From a virus (taxonomy: Duplodnaviria > Caudoviricetes): a DNA stretch of 64,000 nt. The stretch covers positions 64,001-128,000 of the IMG/VR virus record IMGVR_UViG_3300031857_023573. One strand, given 5' to 3'. Position 1 is the first letter of the stretch. Every line of letters starts with the position of its first letter. Both the position numbers and the translations under genes were made by a program. Positions 29,607-38,246 of this stretch are shown piece after piece. Below the pieces are notes generated by a model that ran no database searches, was not told where the DNA came from, and saw only the letters and a list, made by a program, of their open reading frames with translations.

Positions 29607-30680
29607 ATGATGTCCTGTAAAATAACATATATTTATGGTCTATTTGAAATTGGTACTGAAGAGGAGATACGATATGTTGGTAAAACTGACAATCCATCTA
29701 AAAGACTTAGAGACCACAGAAATGATAAGAATTCAACAAGTCACAAATCTTGTTGGATCAAAAGTGTTTTCAATAAAGGAGGTGATATTGGATTAAAAGT
29801 TTTTAAAGTAGTCAACCATGATAATTGGAAGGATGAAGAAATTAAATTTATAAAAGAAATGTCGACTAAATTCAAACTTGTAAATTTGACCGATGGTGGT
29901 GACGGTCGCATGGATAATATTTATAACAGAACCTTTGCTGAGTGTAAACTGTGGTTAGAATCTAATAAACCCGAGTGGATAGTAGGAATGAAAGAATACA
30001 AAAAATGGTCAAAAATGAATGATTTTCCAGACTTTTTACCGAAGGCACCGAATCGTGTTTTTACTGACTGGACCACTTGGGGCGATTATTTGGGAACAGG
30101 AAGTATTCATACGATGAAGAGAAAAGATATTTATCTAAGTTATGAGGAAGCGAAAAAATACTTGAAAGAAAACTTCGATTTAAAAAGTTCAGTTGACTTT
30201 AAAAAAGAAAAAATTCCAGTATTTATTCCCAAAAAGCCCTATAATGTTTATACTTGTTGGAAAGGATGGCATGAATTTTTAGATTATGTTCCCTTTAAAA
30301 GAATAAATGCTGAATATCTTGACTATGATTCTGCCAAGTTATGGATAAGTGAAAATTTTGGTCCTATAACATCAAAAAATTATAGAGAAAAATCCAAAAA
30401 TAATGAGATATCAATTTTTTTACCGAGAAAACCGGAGAGAGTCTATGAAAATTTCAAATGGGGTGAATTTCTATCTACTAACGGCAGGAAAAAGAATAAA
30501 AGTTTCTATTTGAGTTACAATGAATCTGTGAGTATTGTTCATACTTTGAATATAAAAACCAATGCAGAATGGCGAAAATGGTGTAAAAACAAACCAAAAG
30601 AATTTGTTAGAATACCATCTTCGCCAAGTACTGTTTATAAAGGAGAGTGGAAAAACTGGTTCGAATGGTTAGGAAATTGA
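29607..30680 (+). CDS. GIY-YIG homing-type endonuclease with four integrase-repeat-like units
   Basis: YIYGL..IRYVGKT..RLRDH; repeats YxEAK...PxxPxxVYxxWxxWxxFLG. Confidence 0.85.
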   Translation: MMSCKITYIYGLFEIGTEEEIRYVGKTDNPSKRLRDHRNDKNSTSHKSCWIKSVFNKGGDIGLKVFKVVNHDNWKDEEIKFIKEMSTKFKLVNLTDGGDGRMDNIYNRTFAECKLWLESNKPEWIVGMKEYKKWSKMNDFPDFLPKAPNRVFTDWTTWGDYLGTGSIHTMKRKDIYLSYEEAKKYLKENFDLKSSVDFKKEKIPVFIPKKPYNVYTCWKGWHEFLDYVPFKRINAEYLDYDSAKLWISENFGPITSKNYREKSKNNEISIFLPRKPERVYENFKWGEFLSTNGRKKNKSFYLSYNESVSIVHTLNIKTNAEWRKWCKNKPKEFVRIPSSPSTVYKGEWKNWFEWLGN

Positions 30681-31403
30681 ACCTTTAGATAGAACTTCTT
30701 TATTATAATATTGTTCGAATCCATCCAATTGTTTTTCTACACTATCATTTTTATCTAAACCAATAATCTCATCTATTAAACCAAAGTCGAGAGCTTCTTT
30801 TGAATTAAACCACCTGTCTCTTCTTGATGACTCTAACATATCTTCAAAAGTTTTTCCACAATTTTTAGCAAGTAATTTAAAGAGTATATAGTTATACTTG
30901 TGTGACTCAAGATGTGATATAGTAGAGTCTTGTATATTTCCACCATATTGTGATGATACCATATGAGTCATAACTTTTGAATAAATCAATGATGAACGCT
31001 TTCCTTTAGTCCCAGAGCTTAATAGCACCGATCCCATACTAGCACACATTCCGATATTAACAGTTGCAACATCACAAGAGATATAGTTCATTAAGTCAAC
31101 TATACCGAGTCCACATAGAACTGAACCACCAGGTGAATTAATGTAAAGAGTAATATCTTTCTTTTCAACAGAATCTAGAAAAAGTAACTGTGCTTGAACA
31201 ATATCTGACATGTGTTGATCAACTGGACCAGAAACCCACAAAATACGGTCTCTCATCAAGCGACTAAAGATATCTATTTGCGTGGCGCGCATTTCACGCT
31301 CCTCCAAGATATAAGGAGTCAATCCATTTTCATATTGATCAAGTGCAGTAGAAGATACACCCTCACTTTTTGCAAATTTTCTAAATTCTTTTCCTAAGTT
31401 CAT
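30669..31403 (-). CDS. clpP: ATP-dependent Clp protease proteolytic subunit
   Basis: DIFSRLMRDRI, YINSPGGSV, GMCASMG, VMTHMV, RDRWF. Confidence 0.95.
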   Translation of the reverse strand: MNLGKEFRKFAKSEGVSSTALDQYENGLTPYILEEREMRATQIDIFSRLMRDRILWVSGPVDQHMSDIVQAQLLFLDSVEKKDITLYINSPGGSVLCGLGIVDLMNYISCDVATVNIGMCASMGSVLLSSGTKGKRSSLIYSKVMTHMVSSQYGGNIQDSTISHLESHKYNYILFKLLAKNCGKTFEDMLESSRRDRWFNSKEALDFGLIDEIIGLDKNDSVEKQLDGFEQYYNKEVLSKGSIS

Positions 31404-31463
31404 AAATATAAATTTTTTATTAAAAATTATAAGTACGAATTAGATGAAAGTTGAAGGAATAAA

Positions 31464-31913
31464 TTAAATAACATGAGAAAGATACTGACCTTCTTTTAAT
31501 TTAATTTTTTTACAGCCAATTTGATTCTCAAGTTCCTCAATCCAATTTTTCCAATTATCATTTAATAGTTTAATAAATGATTCTGAACTATTTCTATCTT
31601 TGTATCGTTGAATATACTCGTCTTTTATTAAGATATCTGGATAAACGAGTGTGAAATCTATTTTATTATTAACAAGAGCCTCTCTAACTTCTTTATGTGA
31701 TGAAACCATAATAACATCTACCTTACCGATATTACTTTTGATATGTTCAATGTAATTTCTTGGGAAATCAGATTTATCAAATTTACTTGAATCAGAATCT
31801 AAAACAATTTTATCACTATTTGTTCTGAAAAAGTGTGATTTTCCACATCCTGGGAAAGCAGATATAACTAGAGTATCTTTTGTATTATAATCTGTATAGT
31901 TTTTTAATTTCAT
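31464..31913 (-). CDS. Small P-loop kinase-like protein
   Basis: VISAFPGCGKS Walker A. Confidence 0.7.
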   Translation of the reverse strand: MKLKNYTDYNTKDTLVISAFPGCGKSHFFRTNSDKIVLDSDSSKFDKSDFPRNYIEHIKSNIGKVDVIMVSSHKEVREALVNNKIDFTLVYPDILIKDEYIQRYKDRNSSESFIKLLNDNWKNWIEELENQIGCKKIKLKEGQYLSHVI

Positions 31914-31914
31914 A

Positions 31915-32553
31915 TTAGTATTTATAATTTTTAGTTGCCACCCTGCTTTTTATCTGACTTTTTGTATTATTGTTTTCAGTAGTTCCAACTTCTAACTTAC
32001 CACTTTTTCTTTTGAGAACTAATCCTTCTACAACAGGAGCTTTTGTAAATTCACTAAAAATACTGGAAAAACCACTATTATAACTTTTCACTCTATAGAT
32101 ATTTTCAGTGATTGAATACAAATATTCTTTGTCTGAATTATGGGTACCATACAAGTCATCTAAAATACTGACTCTTTCGCTAAAAGTAGATCCTACTAAA
32201 TAATTAGAATCACAAACTAAAATATCAAAAATAATCAATTTATGATTGAAACTTTCACCAGTTTCATCTTGTTTATTTTTATTTAAATATTCTCCGTTGA
32301 TCACAAGCCATTTTCCTGGCTCACATTTATAAATTGAATTAATTTCAGATTGAGATAAGTTGAAATTACTTAATCGAGAGTTATGTCGATTCATAACGAC
32401 TGTTTGCACACCGTTAGTATAAATTGTAGTATTGCTGCCATTTAATTTTGGCTGAGCAATTAGTGAATTATTATCCCAGAAGCTCAAATCTTCTGGATTC
32501 ACTGCATTTTTTGGACGTGGTGGAAAGATGTAAGAATATTTTTCGTACTTCAT
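31915..32553 (-). CDS. Stand-alone ATP-dependent ligase nucleotidyltransferase domain (RNA/DNA ligase-like)
   Basis: QPKLNG (I), INGEY (III), IIFDIL (IIIa), EGLVLK (IV); no OB domain. Confidence 0.75.
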   Translation of the reverse strand: MKYEKYSYIFPPRPKNAVNPEDLSFWDNNSLIAQPKLNGSNTTIYTNGVQTVVMNRHNSRLSNFNLSQSEINSIYKCEPGKWLVINGEYLNKNKQDETGESFNHKLIIFDILVCDSNYLVGSTFSERVSILDDLYGTHNSDKEYLYSITENIYRVKSYNSGFSSIFSEFTKAPVVEGLVLKRKSGKLEVGTTENNNTKSQIKSRVATKNYKY

Positions 32554-32574
32554 AAGTACAAATATAAGGAAAAG

Positions 32575-32919
32575 TTATTGTGAAGTAAAATATTTCAAAG
32601 CATTTGATAAACTTATTACAGACTTTTTAAGTTCTTCACCTCTATCATAACCTTCAGAATCGGCATAGATTTTAGCATTTTCGGAAGAAATCTCAACTGC
32701 ATCATCAGCACTTACATTATCATTATTTACACTTGCATACATTTCGGCAAGACTAGATTGAACCTTTAACTCGGCTTCTTTTTGTGTCAAAGTGTATTTT
32801 TCAGAAATAAATTTATTAAACTTCATTATTTCATCTGCACTTGAAAGAATAGCAACTTTAACTTCCTCGTCAAAAGGTAGTAATTTTACTAATGTTTTGA
32901 TATCTTCAATATTGTTCAT
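32575..32919 (-). CDS. Hypothetical protein
   Basis: 114-aa helical ORF. Confidence 0.6.
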   Translation of the reverse strand: MNNIEDIKTLVKLLPFDEEVKVAILSSADEIMKFNKFISEKYTLTQKEAELKVQSSLAEMYASVNNDNVSADDAVEISSENAKIYADSEGYDRGEELKKSVISLSNALKYFTSQ

Positions 32920-33038
32920 ATCTCACTATTAAATTGTTCAAGAAGATTCTTTTCATTCCAATCTCGTTGAAGTTCCGTGTATAAGAGGTATTTTTCTGCA
33001 GAATCAAACCTTACATCGTCGAAAAGAAAATCATCCAT
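32916..33038 (-). CDS. Small ORF not in the track (40 aa, MDDFLFDDVRFDSAEKYLL...)
   Basis: Follows a TATATTTG promoter; its stop overlaps the next start (ATGA). Confidence 0.55.
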   Translation of the reverse strand: MDDFLFDDVRFDSAEKYLLYTELQRDWNEKNLLEQFNSEI

Positions 33039-33074
33039 AATATTTGTATTTATTTCTACAAATATAGTTTAAAA

Positions 33075-33866
33075 TTAAATAGAATACAAGTATTCAAATC
33101 TAAATTGAAACTTTTTTAAAGTATCTGGATTTAAATCAAAGTAGTTTGGAAGCCAACCTTCCAGTCTTGACCACTCTTCCCTTGTAACGTCACCAACAGG
33201 ATAAGAGTCACAAAGTACTTTACATACCAATCTTTCTTCAGACTTTGCCCACTTAAATATTACATTTTCACCCATTTTAAACTTCTCAGATCGTGTAGTT
33301 GCAGTTCTTAACCCTAGTTTTATTGCTTCAAATGTTGTATAGACACCTCTTTCTAGTAATTCATGTCTAAATTGACCAGGTACTAATTGACTATGACCTA
33401 ACTTATTATGCTCATAGCTCATCGATAGCTCTTTAGCATTTTTTAGCTCGGTTGGTTTAGGTACTATTTTACCTAGTTCATTATGATATCCGAACTTTTT
33501 AAGAAGAATATCACACAGAAAATCGTAAGTTTTTGGTGCTTTTTCTTTTAATTTAGCTCTATCAGTTCCATAACCGCCTTCTGAAAATATTATAGTCGCA
33601 CCAAATAGAAGTTCGTCTAAGATTTTGTTTATATCTTCTAATATTTTCTTTTTATTACTTTCAAACTCCTTATCTGTATAATAGGCACCTTTATCTGTAG
33701 ATGGTTTCTTTTTTGTTCTAATACCGATTGTATTAGGCTCGTTTCTTATAATGGCCTGACCACCCAAACCAGATCTTTGATCATTATCACCATAGACATA
33801 GATTTTCTGAGGATTTTTTGCAACATCTTCTATACCCCAGAATCCTTTAAAAACTTGTATCATCAT
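33075..33866 (-). CDS. Two-domain protein: N-terminal YVYGDN/GGQA domain plus C-terminal ASCH-like domain
   Basis: IYVYGDNDQRSGLGGQAIIR.EPNTIGIRTK; AIKLGLRTATTR. Confidence 0.55.
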   Translation of the reverse strand: MMIQVFKGFWGIEDVAKNPQKIYVYGDNDQRSGLGGQAIIRNEPNTIGIRTKKKPSTDKGAYYTDKEFESNKKKILEDINKILDELLFGATIIFSEGGYGTDRAKLKEKAPKTYDFLCDILLKKFGYHNELGKIVPKPTELKNAKELSMSYEHNKLGHSQLVPGQFRHELLERGVYTTFEAIKLGLRTATTRSEKFKMGENVIFKWAKSEERLVCKVLCDSYPVGDVTREEWSRLEGWLPNYFDLNPDTLKKFQFRFEYLYSI

Positions 33867-34227
33867 TGAGAACCTTTTTTAGCTGAAGGTCTCTTAGTTT
33901 TTGTTTTATGGCTGTATCGCTTACCCCATCTGAAATAACTTCGAGAACCTCATTACATCTATTTATTAGATTTTCAAAATTATTAAAATTCACAACTCCA
34001 GGATTTGCCGAATATTTCGAGCCTTGCCAGATAACGTCTACCTTATTAATTTTATCAGCAAGGATCCAAGTGGTAACATTATCAAACGAGAACTGGTGTC
34101 TAATTGATTCGAGTGTTTCTCTAGCCTGGTTGCGAGTCAGATCAGTAATATCAACATAGATTACGAATATAGGATTTTCTAAATTTAAACTACTCATTTC
34201 TTCTTGGGTTTTAAGACCATGTGCCAT
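33847..34227 (-). CDS. Hypothetical protein
   Basis: 126 aa, overlaps both neighbours. Confidence 0.6.
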   Translation of the reverse strand: MAHGLKTQEEMSSLNLENPIFVIYVDITDLTRNQARETLESIRHQFSFDNVTTWILADKINKVDVIWQGSKYSANPGVVNFNNFENLINRCNEVLEVISDGVSDTAIKQKLRDLQLKKVLNDDTSF

Positions 34228-34739
34228 CTAGAACCCTCAAGTTTTGGCATCGTTTCTGGAACTCCAAGTGACTCTACAAGTGTTGCAAACTTCAACATAA
34301 CCAACTGACCTTTGTCTGCCATATGATGTTGACGACCTTTGAGTAGAAGTGACAATTTTACTTTATTTCCTTCTTCTAGAAACTCAGAAGCCTTTTTAGA
34401 TTTGACTTCTAAATCATGGTCTGCTATATTGACAGAAAGTGAAATTTCTTTAACTTCAGATTTTTTTTGATTTTTCTTATTCTCTTTTTCGCGTTTTTCA
34501 ACTTCATATAAAAATTTACCGTAATCTTCAATTTTAACAACTGGTGGATTGGCATTTTCCGATATTAGAATAAGGTCTTTTTCATTTGCCTCGGCAAGTT
34601 TTGAAGCTTCATATGAAGACATTATAGCTCCTTGGCCTATTTCTCCAGTCACACGAACTTGTGGAAATCTTACTTCACCATTGATTTTGTGTTTTCTCTC
34701 TTTTAATGGAGGTCTTTTTCGATTATTGTTATTGTTCAT
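34194..34739 (-). CDS. infC: Translation initiation factor IF-3
   Basis: INGEVR..QVRV, DLILIS....PPVVKI.DYGKFLYE, VKEI, DHDLEVK, GNKVK, KGRQ. Confidence 0.95.
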   Translation of the reverse strand: MNNNNNRKRPPLKERKHKINGEVRFPQVRVTGEIGQGAIMSSYEASKLAEANEKDLILISENANPPVVKIEDYGKFLYEVEKREKENKKNQKKSEVKEISLSVNIADHDLEVKSKKASEFLEEGNKVKLSLLLKGRQHHMADKGQLVMLKFATLVESLGVPETMPKLEGSRWHMVLKPKKK

Positions 34740-34980
34740 AAGTTATTACTTCAAATGCAGAAAGTCCCTGAGCTATCTCTGGACTTAAAAATTAAGATAT
34801 TTCTTTTTATATTGACTTCGGCCATTTAAAAATGAGAATTTGGTTGATAGATAGTATCAACTGTGACCAAACTATTTAGATTTCTATTCATCTTTAAGAT
34901 ATAACGCCAATTATATTATCTAAAATTTAAATTGTTTAAAAATTTAAAAAAATATTAATGTATATATTGGGAAAAATAAA

Positions 34981-35315
34981 GAAGAAAAGAGGAACTTCTG
35001 TCAAGTACGGTCGAAATCCGAGAACCTAATTCTTGACTTTTAGTGGTCTTACCACTTGGGATTGCCTTTTAATGGTTTCATCAACCTTGGTTTAGCAGTG
35101 TTACCATTCTGCTTATTTTTCTTCCTTAACAGTAGTTTTTAAATTGTTTCGTTTAGTCTCACACTGTTATAGAGTCTAAATTTATCGGCTTTTTTATAAT
35201 TACCTATAAACGTTACCGAACCGCTTGTAGTTCACCTTTTATTTTGTTAAATATGTTTACTATTTACCACGATGGTTCATGATTTTTCATCAAAGGCGTA
35301 AACTTATTAACTCAT
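34981..35315 (-). ncRNA. Unassigned structured RNA with tmRNA-like pseudoknots; strand inferred from context
   Basis: No ORF; several helices, two H-type pseudoknots and a short GELQAVR-stop frame; directly downstream of smpB. Confidence 0.6.
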
Positions 35316-35376
35316 TACTTACCATCATATAATACAAGACTACTTCAAATAGTAAAAATTCATCTTGTAATTTTTG

Positions 35377-35808
35377 TTACAAATCATTTCTTCTTAGATC
35401 TCTATCAGTATCTCTTTTCTTAATATCTTGTCTTTTATCCCAGTCTTTTTTTCCACGACAAACTCCCATTTTTACTTTGAATCTACCATTAACAGTAAAG
35501 ACTTCAAGTGGAATTAAGGTGATACCTTTAGTCTCGGTCAATTTTGAGATTTTAGAAATTTCTTTTTTATTTAAAAGTAATTTTTTATCTCTAAGTTCAT
35601 CGTGATTTTGAAGTGATGATTCTTTATACTTTGCGATACTAAGGTTTTTAACCCAGAGTTCACCATCTTTAAAATAAATGAATGAATCTCCGAAATTAAG
35701 ACTGTTTGATCTTAAAGACTTCACTTCTGAACCAACAAGTACTAGTCCAGCTGTGAAGTCTTCGATCACTTGAAAATTAAAATATGCTTTTTTGTTTACG
35801 ATCTTCAT
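35377..35808 (-). CDS. smpB: SsrA-binding protein SmpB
   Basis: NKKAYFNF, AGLVLVGSEVKSLR, H...R.KKLLL, GKKDWDKR; probable start MKIVNKK. Confidence 0.95.
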   Translation of the reverse strand: MKIVNKKAYFNFQVIEDFTAGLVLVGSEVKSLRSNSLNFGDSFIYFKDGELWVKNLSIAKYKESSLQNHDELRDKKLLLNKKEISKISKLTETKGITLIPLEVFTVNGRFKVKMGVCRGKKDWDKRQDIKKRDTDRDLRRNDL

Positions 35809-35852
35809 AATAATTGCTAATATAAACAAAAATATCTAAATTAAAAATTATT

Positions 35853-37163
35853 TTAATATCTATATTGTTCAGATTTGAAAGGTCCTTGAGAACTAACTCC
35901 AATATATTTTGATTGTTCCTCGGTGAGAATATCTAGTTCGCATCCGATTTTCTCAAGGTGTAAAAATGCTACTTTTTCATCTAAATGTTTTGGTAGAGTA
36001 TAAACCTTATTTTCATATTTATCCGAATTAGTCCACAATTCTATTTGTGCGAGAGTTTGATTAGTGAAAGAGTTACTCATTACAAAAGATGGGTGACCAG
36101 TTGCACATCCAAGATTAACTAATCTACCTTCAGCTAGAATAATTATATCTTTGTTATCTATTGTGTACTTATCAACTTGAGGTTTGATAGTGTCTTTTGT
36201 CGATCCGTAATTTTTATTAAGCCAGTTCATGTCTATTTCGTTGTCGAAGTGACCAATATTACAAACTATAGCATTGTGCTTCATCGACTTAAAATGTCTG
36301 TCGATTATGATATTTTTATTACCAGTAGCGGTGACAATAATGTCCGCCATTTTGACAGCAGTATCCATTTTTAATACCTGATATCCATCCATTGCTGCTT
36401 GAAGTGCACAAATAGGATCAATCTCAGTGATAATTACTCTAACACCTTGTGAAGAGAGTGACTGTGCTGAACCTTTACCGACATCTCCATAACCAGCAAC
36501 AACCGCAACTTTACCAGCCATCATAATATCAGTTGCTCTTCTTATTGAATCTACTAGTGATTCTCTACAACCATACTTGTTATCAAACTTTGATTTTGTT
36601 ACAGAGTCATTGATATTTATTGCTGGTGTATAAAGAGTGCCATTTTTTACTCTCTCATGTAGTCTCAAAACACCAGTCGTAGTTTCTTCGGATAATCCTT
36701 TGATTCCATTAACAAGTTCTGGATATCTATCAAATACCATATTAGTAAGATCTCCGCCATCATCTAAAATCATATTGAGTGGTTCTCCACCTTCAAAAGC
36801 GAATAGTGTTTGTTCAATACACCAATCAAACTCTTCTTCAGACATACCTTTCCAAGCATAGACGGGAATACCAGCCTTTGCGATGGCAGCGGCAGCATGA
36901 TCCTGAGTTGAGAATATATTGCAAGAAGACCAACTTACCTCAGCTCCCAAATGTTTTAGAGTTTCTATTAGAACTGCTGTTTGAATTGTCATATGTAAAC
37001 ATCCGGCAATTCTGCTTCCTTTTAATGGTTTAGTGTCACCATATTCTTTTCTAAGAGACATTAGTCCAGGCATTTCTAGCTCAGCCAGTGCAATTTCTTT
37101 TCTTCCCCATTCTGATAAGGAAATGTCTTTTACTTTAAATTTTTGTGATAAAGTTTGATTCAT
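35853..37163 (-). CDS. ahcY: S-adenosyl-L-homocysteine hydrolase
   Basis: [48 protein letters not shown]. Confidence 0.97.
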   Translation of the reverse strand: MNQTLSQKFKVKDISLSEWGRKEIALAELEMPGLMSLRKEYGDTKPLKGSRIAGCLHMTIQTAVLIETLKHLGAEVSWSSCNIFSTQDHAAAAIAKAGIPVYAWKGMSEEEFDWCIEQTLFAFEGGEPLNMILDDGGDLTNMVFDRYPELVNGIKGLSEETTTGVLRLHERVKNGTLYTPAININDSVTKSKFDNKYGCRESLVDSIRRATDIMMAGKVAVVAGYGDVGKGSAQSLSSQGVRVIITEIDPICALQAAMDGYQVLKMDTAVKMADIIVTATGNKNIIIDRHFKSMKHNAIVCNIGHFDNEIDMNWLNKNYGSTKDTIKPQVDKYTIDNKDIIILAEGRLVNLGCATGHPSFVMSNSFTNQTLAQIELWTNSDKYENKVYTLPKHLDEKVAFLHLEKIGCELDILTEEQSKYIGVSSQGPFKSEQYRY

Positions 37164-37174
37164 TTTTGTTTTTT

Positions 37175-37501
37175 TTAATTTTCAAGATTTTTGTCGATTA
37201 AATCTTTGATTTGTTGCTTACTCACCATCCCGACATGACGTTCAACGATTTTACCATCTTTGTAAAGAAGAAGTGTTGGAATATTTCTAACTCCAAGTTC
37301 TCTAACTTTATCAGTACTTTCATCTGAGTCGATTTTTCCAAATCGAACATTTGAATATTCACTTGATAACTCATCAATAATTGGTGAAATAACCTTACAG
37401 GGACCACACCACTCGGCCTTTACATCAACAAGTGCAAGACCGTCTGATGTAAATTCATCGAAGTTTTCAGTGTTTAACTTTGTTACATTAATTATAGTCA
37501 T
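37175..37501 (-). CDS. trxA: Thioredoxin
   Basis: WCGPCK active site; VRNIPT. Confidence 0.93.
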   Translation of the reverse strand: MTIINVTKLNTENFDEFTSDGLALVDVKAEWCGPCKVISPIIDELSSEYSNVRFGKIDSDESTDKVRELGVRNIPTLLLYKDGKIVERHVGMVSKQQIKDLIDKNLEN

Positions 37502-37519
37502 AACTTATTTTGATTTAAT

Positions 37520-38113
37520 TTATTTATACATTTCATCAAGAATTTCAAATTCTCGACTGGTTTCACTAATTAGTATAGCTCTCCCATTTCTGATTTGACT
37601 CTTAATGGTACTAAGATTTTTTCCTAACTGGTCTGCAATATCTTTATATTGCATTTTTTGAATTTCTCTCATTTCAATTACTTGACGATAAGGTTCTTTC
37701 AAGTTTCTGATGTGACGCTTCATGATTTCAGCCTTTTTTGTGTTCAAATCATGTAGATACTCCTCTGATTCTTCTTCTTGAATGAAGTCTTTCATAGTGG
37801 TTCCTTCTTCATCAATTTCTATATCAAGAGACATAGTTTTTTTGGAATTTTTGATGTCTTGTAACATCAAGTTTCTTGCTATTGTAAATAGCCAAGTTGA
37901 AAATTGTGACTTTTCTTTTTCATACTTATCGATCTTCTCAAATGCGATAAGAAATGAATCTGTTGAAATGTCTTGAGCTTTTTGTTGATCATTACACATT
38001 CTAGATGTGTAGTAGATTAATTTTGGGTAATACTTCTCGTAGAAAAAAGAGAAGTCTTTACCTGTTCGTTCTCTAAAGAGTTGTTCTTGTTCTGGGAAAA
38101 ATGTTGAAATCAT
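37520..38113 (-). CDS. RNA polymerase sigma-70 family (ECF-type) factor
   Basis: AQDISTDSF, FSTWLFTIARN (region 2); YKDIADQLG.NLSTIKSQIRNGR (region 4). Confidence 0.9.
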   Translation of the reverse strand: MISTFFPEQEQLFRERTGKDFSFFYEKYYPKLIYYTSRMCNDQQKAQDISTDSFLIAFEKIDKYEKEKSQFSTWLFTIARNLMLQDIKNSKKTMSLDIEIDEEGTTMKDFIQEEESEEYLHDLNTKKAEIMKRHIRNLKEPYRQVIEMREIQKMQYKDIADQLGKNLSTIKSQIRNGRAILISETSREFEILDEMYK

Positions 38114-38246
38114 AAATGCCGTTTAATTTATTTTTAATTCAGTAAATAACCGATAATTGCCGTCAAAATGTAGAATATTTAATTTGCGAATATAATACAT
38201 CCATGTTTATATTTTTTATATATCTAAAGTTTTTATTTCCTTTAAA

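Noticed and set aside
34981-35200. RNase P RNA or group I intron
   Set aside because: GAGGAACTTCTG and GAGACTAAA only loosely echo the conserved elements; the P4 partner and a correctly ordered P7 (UAGUC) are missing
35260-35300. Hammerhead ribozyme (TGATGA...GAA)
   Set aside because: Core spacing and stems do not fit CUGAUGA-stem II-GAAA
34981-35340. Canonical or two-piece tmRNA gene
   Set aside because: GGATTTCGAC resembles a tmRNA 5' motif, but it lies downstream of the pseudoknots, lacks GGGG, and no T-arm, G3-U70 or CCA was found; kept as an unassigned RNA
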